This document shows positions 56,431 through 63,456 of a DNA stretch of 63,456 nt, in pieces (position 1 is the stretch's first letter; every line of letters starts with the position of its first letter). Source of the DNA: an uncultured Weeksellaceae bacterium (GTDB taxonomy: Bacteria > Bacteroidota > Bacteroidia > Flavobacteriales > BACL11); contig CAYVKX010000002.1 in the NCBI GenBank assembly GCA_964452095.1, positions 1 to 63,456 of the forward strand. Direction: 5' to 3'. Both the position numbers and the translations under genes were made by a program. The notes beneath the pieces are model-generated. The model saw nothing but the letters and a program-made list of their open reading frames with translations, searched no databases and was not told where the DNA came from.

Positions 56431-58093
56431 ATTTTTTCTTCTCATTTTACTGCTGTTGGCTTTTTTATTTACCAATGCTCAGCATACTAATTTGCCTTTG
56501 GGTAAAGATGCACATTTGATTTTGGAGCAAGAAATTAATAATTCTATAGCACACACTTCCTTTCAGCCACTAATCAAATCAACTGTAAATGAAAAAGTAA
56601 ATGCCGATTCTTTGATAAATGAAATATTTCCAAATAAATGGACAAATTGGTACAAACGGAAATTATTTTCTGAACATTTAGTAATCCTAAAAGGAGATGA
56701 CTATAAAGTTACCGCTTCACCAATTATTGATTTTACCAAAGGGAAAGAAACAGTAAGAAACACAAATATTTTTACTAATACAAGAGGGTTTATTATTGAA
56801 GGAAATCTAGGAGAATCTGTTTCTTTTTACTCTTCTTTTTCTGAAAACCAAGCTATATTCCCAAACTATTTGGACTCTAATATTAGAAGAAATAGGGTAG
56901 TTCCCGGACAAGGATTTGCTCGAGAGTTTAAAGAAACAGGATTTGATTACGCAATGGCATCTGGCTATGTGGCGATAAAGCCAGCCAAGCATTTTGTAGT
57001 TCAGTTTGGGCATGGGAAACATTTTATAGGTGATGGTTACCGTTCTCTTTTACTTTCTGATAATGCTTTTAATTATCCTTTTTTAAGAATTCAAACTATT
57101 TTTTGGAGGGTACAATACACCAATTTGTATGCAGAATTTCAGGATATAAATTATTTTAAAAATAATGGAATAGATAATTACGACCAAATGGGCTATGCTA
57201 AAAAATATATGTCAGCACATTACTTGAGTACGAAAGTAAATTCTAATCTTACGATTAGCATTTTTGAATCTGTAATTTGGAGAGCAAATCATGCACCAGG
57301 AAACAGAGGTTTTGATGCAAATTATTTGAATCCTATTTCACTTTTTCGACCTTTAGAGTTCTCCATTAATTCCCCCGATAATGTGTTGGTTGGAATCAAT
57401 ACAAAATATCAATTGCCATATAAATCTTATCTGTACGGACAATTTGCATTGGATGAATTTAGTATCAATGATTTAAGACAAAGAAATGGATTTTGGGGAA
57501 ACAAATTTGCCTATCAGTTAGGAGCAAAAATGTATGATGTTTTTGGTTTGCAGAACTTAACTTTGCAAACCGAGTACAATTTAGTTCGCCCTTATACTTA
57601 CGCTCATCATAATCCTGTGCAGAATTATGCGCATTACAATCAGCCACTTGCACATCCTTTAGGAGCAAATTTTTCTGAAAAATTATTGATTATAAATTAT
57701 AGAAAACAAAGGTGGACGGCAAGAGCACAATTGATGATTGCAAAATATGGCGGGAAAATCATAGGTGACCAAACCTCTTACGGAAATGATGTGTATATGT
57801 CTACAGGAGATTTTGCGGAGGAATCAGGAGTGCAGCATGTAGGAATTGGAAGACCAGACAGAGATAATGATGGGGTGTTAGATGAATTCGGTATGGAAAT
57901 GTATCAGGGGAATCTAACGGATGTAAAGTATTTTCAACTGAATTTTGGCTATATTATTAATCCGGCAACAAATTTTAAAATTGACATTGGGATTAGAAAA
58001 CGAGATTTAACCAATGAGTTGGCTGAGGTAAACACCTTACTTTATACCATTAGTTTGAAAACAGATTTGTTTAATCATTATTACGATTTTTAG
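56423..58093 (+). CDS. Outer-membrane beta-barrel, Wzi/RemB-like capsule-assembly family candidate
   Basis: Signal peptide MNKFFLLILLLLAFLFTNAQ, GHGKHFIGDGYRSLLLSDNAFNYPFLRI resembling the Wzi LSxNA motif, C-terminal aromatic ...HYYDF. The start is moved to the ATG at 56423. Confidence 0.5.
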   Translation: MNKFFLLILLLLAFLFTNAQHTNLPLGKDAHLILEQEINNSIAHTSFQPLIKSTVNEKVNADSLINEIFPNKWTNWYKRKLFSEHLVILKGDDYKVTASPIIDFTKGKETVRNTNIFTNTRGFIIEGNLGESVSFYSSFSENQAIFPNYLDSNIRRNRVVPGQGFAREFKETGFDYAMASGYVAIKPAKHFVVQFGHGKHFIGDGYRSLLLSDNAFNYPFLRIQTIFWRVQYTNLYAEFQDINYFKNNGIDNYDQMGYAKKYMSAHYLSTKVNSNLTISIFESVIWRANHAPGNRGFDANYLNPISLFRPLEFSINSPDNVLVGINTKYQLPYKSYLYGQFALDEFSINDLRQRNGFWGNKFAYQLGAKMYDVFGLQNLTLQTEYNLVRPYTYAHHNPVQNYAHYNQPLAHPLGANFSEKLLIINYRKQRWTARAQLMIAKYGGKIIGDQTSYGNDVYMSTGDFAEESGVQHVGIGRPDRDNDGVLDEFGMEMYQGNLTDVKYFQLNFGYIINPATNFKIDIGIRKRDLTNELAEVNTLLYTISLKTDLFNHYYDF

Positions 58094-58762
58094 ATGGCAC
58101 TTTTTTTGCTTATAGAAACAGCAACTAAAAGCTGTTCGGTTGCTTTGGCTTTAGAGAGTAAAATTATTGCTTGCAAAGAGGAAGTAAATCAGCAATATTC
58201 TCATGCTGAAAAACTCAATATTTTTATTGAAGAATTATTTAAAAATACAAAATATTCCATAAAAGATTTGGATGCGGTGGCAGTGAGCAAAGGTCCTGGA
58301 TCTTATACCGGCTTGCGAATTGGCGTTTCCACCGCAAAGGGTTTTTGTTACGCATTAGGTATTCCGCTTATTTCGGTTTCTACTCTAAAGGCAATGGCTT
58401 TTGGAATGGCTCAAAAAGTAGAATCTGATTTGTATTCTCCTATGATTGATGCAAGAAGAATGGAGGTGTATAATGCTTTTTATGATAATTCAAATAATGA
58501 GATAAGAGGCGTGCAAGCCGATATAATTGATGAAAAATCTTGCCAAAAAGAATTAGAGAAAAAAGTATTATTTTTTGGGGATGGAGCGGAAAAATGCAAG
58601 AAAATTATTACTTCTTCCAATGCGACTTATGTAGACAATATATATCCTACTTCAAAAGATATGCTTGCAACTACAGTTGCGAAATTTGCTAAAAAAGATT
58701 TTGAGGATATTGCTTATTTTGAACCGTATTATTTGAAAGATTTTGTTGCTGGGAAAAAGTAA
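58094..58762 (+). CDS. tsaB: tRNA t6A37 biosynthesis protein TsaB
   Basis: LLIETATKSCSVAL, SKGPGSYTGLRIG. Confidence 0.88.
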   Translation: MALFLLIETATKSCSVALALESKIIACKEEVNQQYSHAEKLNIFIEELFKNTKYSIKDLDAVAVSKGPGSYTGLRIGVSTAKGFCYALGIPLISVSTLKAMAFGMAQKVESDLYSPMIDARRMEVYNAFYDNSNNEIRGVQADIIDEKSCQKELEKKVLFFGDGAEKCKKIITSSNATYVDNIYPTSKDMLATTVAKFAKKDFEDIAYFEPYYLKDFVAGKK

Positions 58763-60589
58763 TTAGCGTCTTTTTCTTTTTGTACTAGCTTTAAATTTAT
58801 CTTTGAACGAGCCTTCTCCACCGCCACTTCTTCTGCCGCCATTTTTTCTTTTAGTAGAGCTACTTCTATCTTTTCGTTTTGCATCAAATCTTCTTTTACC
58901 ACTTCCTTTTGAAGATCTTTTAAAATCACCACTTGCTGATGGAGGCTTTGATAATTCCACAGAAACTCTATTTCCGTTCCATTGAGCATCAGAGAGTCCT
59001 GCCAATATATCTTGCTCATGATTGCTATCTACTTCAAAAAAGGAAAATTTACGCAAAATATCAATCTTTCCAATTTGGATATTTCTTTGGCGAGTGTATT
59101 CATTGATAAGCCCAATTAGGTTATGTGTTTCTAAATTTTGCAACTTCCCTAAATTGATAAAAAATCGGCTGTATCCTTTTTCTGCATGCCCTGTACCGCC
59201 ACCTTTTTTCTCTCTCCTATCATCTCTTTTTCTATCTTTTTTTCTACTTCTATCACTTTTACTGTTAGTGCTGATGTTTAAATCAGGAGCATTTTTATAA
59301 AAGGAAAGAAACCGATTAAATTCTGCTGAAACAAAATGTTTTAAAAGCTCTTCTTTATCTAAATGTGCTAATTTCTCTTCAATTACCGGAATGTACTTTT
59401 CTATTTGTTCATTCACATTTGTTTTTACCACTTTATCAATTAAAGTTAGCAATTGAATTGCACAAATTTCTTCTCCATTTGGGACTTGTTTTTGAGCAAT
59501 ATCTTTTTTTAGCATTTTGCTAATTGCTTGCAATTTTCTTCTCTCTCTGCTGTGTGCAATAATAATAGAAACACCACTTTTCCCTGCTCTTCCAGTACGC
59601 CCAGATCTATGCACATACACTTCCAAATCATCTGGAAGATTGTAATTTATAATATGCGTTAAATCATCAATATCAATTCCTCTTGCTGCTACATCAGTTG
59701 CTACCAACATTTGTAAATTTCTTTTTCTGAATCTACCCATTACATGGTCTCTTTGCGATTGAGACAAATCGCCATGAATAGCATCTGCATTGTAGCCATC
59801 TTGCATCAATTTATCGGCAACATCTTTTGTTTCTCTTCTTGTTCTACAAAAAACAATACCATAAATTTCAGGGTTTACATCACAAATTCTTCTAAGTGCT
59901 TTATATCTATCACGAGCATTCACCATATAAAAGTGATGTTCTACATTTTTTGCCCCTTCATTTCTGCCAGCCACTTCAATTGTTTGAGGGCTAAACATAT
60001 AATTTTTTGTAATTCTCATTACTTCCTTTGGCATTGTTGCAGAAAACAAAAGTGTTTGTTTTTCTTCAGGAGTTTCTGCCAAAATTGTATCTAAATCATC
60101 TTTAAATCCCATATTGAGCATTTCATCTGCTTCATCTAAAACTACATACTCAATATGTCCAAGTTTTAATTTTTTTCTTTTTATTAAATCAATCACTCTG
60201 CCAGGAGTTCCAACTACAATTTGACTACCAGAATTTAAAGCTCTGATTTGAGTTTGTATATTAGCTCCTCCATATACAGCAGTAATTTTTAACTTTTTTA
60301 AGTATTTAGCATAACTCTCTAAATCTTTGGTTATTTGCAAACAAAGCTCTCTTGTAGGGCACAAAATAATTGCTTGAGTTTCTTTTCTATCAGTTTCAAT
60401 TTTCTGAATAATAGGTAAGCCAAAAGCAGCTGTTTTTCCTGTTCCAGTTTGGGCAAGAGCAATAAGGTCGTTTTCCTGAGTTAGCACAAAGGGAATACTT
60501 TCTTGTTGTATGGGTGTTGGTTTCTCAAAACCCAAATCGGCAATGGCTTTTTGAATGTTTTCGTCTAGCCCTATATCTGTAAATGTCAT
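58763..60589 (-). CDS. deaD: DEAD-box ATP-dependent RNA helicase (DeaD/CsdA-like) with a DbpA-type RNA-binding domain and a basic tail
   Basis: Q motif F..PTPIQ, AQTGTGKTAAF, VLDEADEM, SAT, HRSGRTGRAG, and a C-terminal K/R/G-rich tail. The ATG at 60589 is preferred over TTG 60607, which lies in the -7 box. Confidence 0.92.
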   Translation of the reverse strand: MTFTDIGLDENIQKAIADLGFEKPTPIQQESIPFVLTQENDLIALAQTGTGKTAAFGLPIIQKIETDRKETQAIILCPTRELCLQITKDLESYAKYLKKLKITAVYGGANIQTQIRALNSGSQIVVGTPGRVIDLIKRKKLKLGHIEYVVLDEADEMLNMGFKDDLDTILAETPEEKQTLLFSATMPKEVMRITKNYMFSPQTIEVAGRNEGAKNVEHHFYMVNARDRYKALRRICDVNPEIYGIVFCRTRRETKDVADKLMQDGYNADAIHGDLSQSQRDHVMGRFRKRNLQMLVATDVAARGIDIDDLTHIINYNLPDDLEVYVHRSGRTGRAGKSGVSIIIAHSRERRKLQAISKMLKKDIAQKQVPNGEEICAIQLLTLIDKVVKTNVNEQIEKYIPVIEEKLAHLDKEELLKHFVSAEFNRFLSFYKNAPDLNISTNSKSDRSRKKDRKRDDRREKKGGGTGHAEKGYSRFFINLGKLQNLETHNLIGLINEYTRQRNIQIGKIDILRKFSFFEVDSNHEQDILAGLSDAQWNGNRVSVELSKPPSASGDFKRSSKGSGKRRFDAKRKDRSSSTKRKNGGRRSGGGEGSFKDKFKASTKRKRR

Positions 60590-60604
60590 CTGCAAAATTT
60601 TTTG

Positions 60605-60612
60605 CAAATCTA
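60605..60612 (-). promoter_or_regulatory. -7 box TAGATTTG (minus strand) for the helicase gene
   Basis: The plus strand reads caaatcta, 15 nt upstream of the ATG at 60589. Confidence 0.45.
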
Positions 60613-60666
60613 CTCCTTTCTAATTGATATATAGGTTTTTAAGAAGAAATGATTTTTTGTGATAAT

Positions 60667-62793
60667 TTACTCAACAACTATCTGTCTCACAGTGCTCCCT
60701 TTATCTGTATCTATCTTTAAAAAGTAAATACCTTTAGTTGTAATTTTAATTGATGATGTTTCATTTACAGAAATTAACTTTCCATCAACTGCATACAGGA
60801 TTATTTTCTCTATTTCTAAATCTGTTTTTACAGTTACAACTCCACTTGAAGGATTTGGAAAAACAGAAAGTCCTAATTCTACTAAATCATCAATATTAGA
60901 TGTTCCACTTAATTCATTAAAACGCTTAGTAAATTCTTGCAGATAAATATTAGCAATAGTAGCATCATGAATAATTAAAGTATTTTCATCAGAATTATTT
61001 TCTGCATTATTACTCCAATTGTGTGATCCCGTTAAAATAGTTGGGTCAGAAGCCACTACATCAGCATCTGCAATAGCATATTTATGATGAAATTGGTAAG
61101 TAATTCCCATGTGTGATTTTACATTTACTCCAGCAGAAATCAAATCAGCAAATTCACTTCCAAGAATATTTTCTTGTTCAATAATACCTCTAATATTTAT
61201 TCCAAATTGAGCATCTTTATCAATTACTGCTTGTCCTAAATCATCACGAGTAAAACCTAATAGTCCAAATTCAAAAGTGTAATCTACATTATCAATTACT
61301 TCTAGTATTTTGCTTGTAGTTTGGTCAGAAGGAGAAAAATAAACCTCAACATCTTTACCACCAACCACAAATTTATGAGGCGTATTATCTATTTTATTTG
61401 CCCCAAAAGTGCCATTCCACATTTCATTAAATTCCAAAGTATATGCTTTTGCAATTGCTTCATCTTGAATAAAAATAAGATTGTTATAATCATTAAATAA
61501 ATTGGTAGGGTTTGTCCAATTGCAAGAACCTCCCATTATCCAAGAATTAGTAGTAGAATTTGCATCAATAATAATAAATTTATTGTGCATAATTCCATCA
61601 GGAATAGGATCTCTATATACGATTGGAATATTTGAATTTAAAGATGATAACATAGTATTTGTGACATCATCATCTGCTATATATCTCACTGTAACCCCTC
61701 TATTATATGCATCATTTATTGCAGTTGCTATGGTAGCATCTGACGCATTATACACACAAATATCCAAAGTATTTTGCGCCAAATCCATATATGCTTTAAT
61801 GGTGTCATTAAAATAAGTAGTAATGTTTTGGGCATCCACTCCAGTAGAAACAGAAACATCCACAGAATGATTAAAATAAGGACGAATAACACCTGAGGAA
61901 AGGGATGCGGTAGAATAAATTCCAATTGAAGAAAAGGTCGTATCGGTTCCTTTTACTGAATAACACTCCACATGATAAAAAGTAGCAGGAGAAAGCCCAG
62001 TCAAACTTAAGGTATGAGTCATTGTATTTCCTCCATTATTAACGGAAGTACCTAATGCAGAAGATGTCCCATAATTACAATTTGTACTGGAAGAATCAGA
62101 AACAGTCCAACTCAAATCAAAAGAAGTTGTTGTGATGTTTGATTGCACAACAGCAGAAGTAAAAATTAAATTTCCAGATGGAATAATGTCTGAAGAATCT
62201 CTTGGTAAAATTTGATAACCATCATTGGCTGGGGTTGAAAAAGTGTATTGTGAAGAAATTCCAATAAGTGTAACTGCACCCATAGGAATCATAGAGTTTT
62301 CTAAAGGATTTCCGGCTCTAATATATACTTTACCATTTTCACCATTAGAAGAAAAATCATGGGTTCCTACTGTAAAAAGCGACCCTCCACTATTGAAAAT
62401 AACATTGTTAATTTGCACCAATTCTGATTCTGTACTTTCTCCAATTTGAATAGGTGTAACTACTTGAGGTGTTACTGAATTTCCAGCAGAATTTGTAGCA
62501 AGAGAGGATACTGGAGTCATTTCCATTAATCCATTATAATCTACCAAAACACCGGTAACAGTCAATTCATCTCCTCTTACTACAGCACTTAAAACTGTAG
62601 GATCGTAAAGCCCTAACCCACCCGTTGCGTCTTCAATATATCGAATTGGCCCGAGTTCATCTCCATTTGTTACTACACCTGTAACGGTTACTGTTGCTCC
62701 AACTCCTTGAGCTCTTGCTGTTGCAATATCTGTTTGTGCAAACCCTACTACACTTAGTAATGTTGCAATAATTAATGTGGTTGATTTTTTCAT
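60667..62793 (-). CDS. T9SS-secreted phospholipase D-superfamily (two HKD motifs) protein, possibly an extracellular nuclease
   Basis: Signal peptide, HKD motifs MHNKFIIID and FHHKYAIAD...GSHNWSNNAE, an Fn3-like middle domain, CTD LSVFPNPSSGVVTV...GIYFLKIDTDKGSTVRQIVVE. Confidence 0.75.
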   Translation of the reverse strand: MKKSTTLIIATLLSVVGFAQTDIATARAQGVGATVTVTGVVTNGDELGPIRYIEDATGGLGLYDPTVLSAVVRGDELTVTGVLVDYNGLMEMTPVSSLATNSAGNSVTPQVVTPIQIGESTESELVQINNVIFNSGGSLFTVGTHDFSSNGENGKVYIRAGNPLENSMIPMGAVTLIGISSQYTFSTPANDGYQILPRDSSDIIPSGNLIFTSAVVQSNITTTSFDLSWTVSDSSSTNCNYGTSSALGTSVNNGGNTMTHTLSLTGLSPATFYHVECYSVKGTDTTFSSIGIYSTASLSSGVIRPYFNHSVDVSVSTGVDAQNITTYFNDTIKAYMDLAQNTLDICVYNASDATIATAINDAYNRGVTVRYIADDDVTNTMLSSLNSNIPIVYRDPIPDGIMHNKFIIIDANSTTNSWIMGGSCNWTNPTNLFNDYNNLIFIQDEAIAKAYTLEFNEMWNGTFGANKIDNTPHKFVVGGKDVEVYFSPSDQTTSKILEVIDNVDYTFEFGLLGFTRDDLGQAVIDKDAQFGINIRGIIEQENILGSEFADLISAGVNVKSHMGITYQFHHKYAIADADVVASDPTILTGSHNWSNNAENNSDENTLIIHDATIANIYLQEFTKRFNELSGTSNIDDLVELGLSVFPNPSSGVVTVKTDLEIEKIILYAVDGKLISVNETSSIKITTKGIYFLKIDTDKGSTVRQIVVE

Positions 62794-62839
62794 GTTTTAA
62801 TGTTTATTTGTATTCTGTTTATTCGTTTATCTGCTATAT

Positions 62840-62847
62840 CAAAACTA
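62840..62847 (-). promoter_or_regulatory. -7 box TAGTTTTG (minus strand) for the PLD-like gene
   Basis: The plus strand reads caaaacta, 46 nt upstream of the ATG at 62793. Confidence 0.35.
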
Positions 62848-62856
62848 GGATTTAAC

Positions 62857-63456
62857 TTAAAAATTGAATTTTGCTGATAAACTAAACCTTCTTCCTAAGC
62901 CAAAAAATACTCCTGCCGATTTTGCATCAAAATCTTGATAGTTTGCATTATAAGGGTCGTTATTTTGAGCATCTGAAATATAAATTTCGTTAAATAGGTT
63001 CAGTACACTAAATTTAACATCCAATTTATTATTATCCCAAAGCTTAAATTTATATCCAGCATGCAAATCAACTAATTGATATGCTGGTATCACCCAACTT
63101 TCTCTTCCGGCATTTTCTCCATTTAAACTTAATGGGTCAAAATCAGCATAATAATTATCAAAATAAGTTCCTCTTAATTTAAAATAAGAATTATGGGTTG
63201 GCTCATATCTTACACTTATGCCATATTGCGTTTGAGCAGCATCCCCAACATGCACTCCATCTGCATCAAAGGTTGCAGTAATTTCATTACCAAAATCATC
63301 AACAATTGGGTTATTGTTGTCATCTAAAAACCTTACAGTATCGGCTGATGTCCATTTCCAATCTCCAATAGAAAGTAAGCCTTCCACACTTAGTTGTCTG
63401 TTAATTTTATAAACTGCATCAATTTCAACACCTTTATGTAAAGCATTCATTCCATT
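62857..63456 (-). CDS. TonB-dependent receptor, C-terminal barrel part only (N-terminus outside the window)
   Basis: Beta-strand pattern ...LNLFNEIYISD...GLGRRFSLSAKFNF with a terminal Phe. The ORF is open to the window edge. Confidence 0.7.
   Translation of the reverse strand, partial: NGMNALHKGVEIDAVYKINRQLSVEGLLSIGDWKWTSADTVRFLDDNNNPIVDDFGNEITATFDADGVHVGDAAQTQYGISVRYEPTHNSYFKLRGTYFDNYYADFDPLSLNGENAGRESWVIPAYQLVDLHAGYKFKLWDNNKLDVKFSVLNLFNEIYISDAQNNDPYNANYQDFDAKSAGVFFGLGRRFSLSAKFNF

Noticed and set aside
59744-60094. 116-aa plus-strand ORF. Also 58803-58985, 59022-59300 and the minus-strand out-of-frame ORF 58729-59019.
   Set aside because: The plus-strand ORFs are antisense to, and 58729-59019 is out of frame on the same strand as, the DEAD-box helicase gene, whose motifs are unambiguous.
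1-63456. Looked for tRNA/rRNA genes, CRISPR arrays, transposases, integrases, phage genes or classic defence-system genes
   Set aside because: I saw no regularly spaced direct repeats and no tRNA-like T-arm/acceptor signatures in the few intergenic spacers. No ORF carries DDE, tyrosine- or serine-recombinase, restriction, Cas or toxin-like motifs.

Overview
The window looks like a chromosomal segment of a low-GC Bacteroidota genome, probably Flavobacteriia-like. This placement rests on a SprA/T9SS gene, several C-terminal T9SS sorting domains, TAnnTTTG -7 promoter boxes, and an alternative complex III operon. All calls come from reading the ORF translations and the DNA by eye; no database search was run.

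Layout:
- 2-1267: a T9SS cargo protein, truncated at the window edge, followed by a methyltransferase.
- 2475-6702: rimP-nusA-infB.
- 7169-7361: a decayed relic of a T9SS cargo gene.
- 7711-15557: actABCDEF (alternative complex III).
- 15631-17604: ruvB and queG.
- 17799-23006 (minus strand): a very tightly packed operon encoding a TlpA-like thioredoxin, a large beta-barrel, an Omp28-like CxxC lipoprotein, two more outer-membrane proteins and ubiX. Next to it sit a T9SS-secreted redoxin-domain protein and a Cys-rich T9SS protein.
- 25579-34456: ruvA, sprA, gcvH and tonB.
- About 34.5-58.1 kb: the most unusual region, a polysaccharide locus. It combines cysC and cysQ (PAPS supply and PAP clearance), four sulfotransferases, Wzx (frameshifted in a T9 run), Wzy, GT2, GT4, WecA, an SDR epimerase/dehydratase, a GH-like secreted protein, an MBOAT plus SGNH-like pair, gmhA, a gmhB::gmd fusion ORF and a Wzi-like barrel. 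I read this as a candidate biosynthetic island for a sulfated, O-acylated surface polysaccharide.
- 58094-63456: tsaB, a DEAD-box helicase, a T9SS-secreted PLD-family protein and a TonB-dependent receptor fragment.

I found no tRNA, rRNA, CRISPR array, transposase or integrase.
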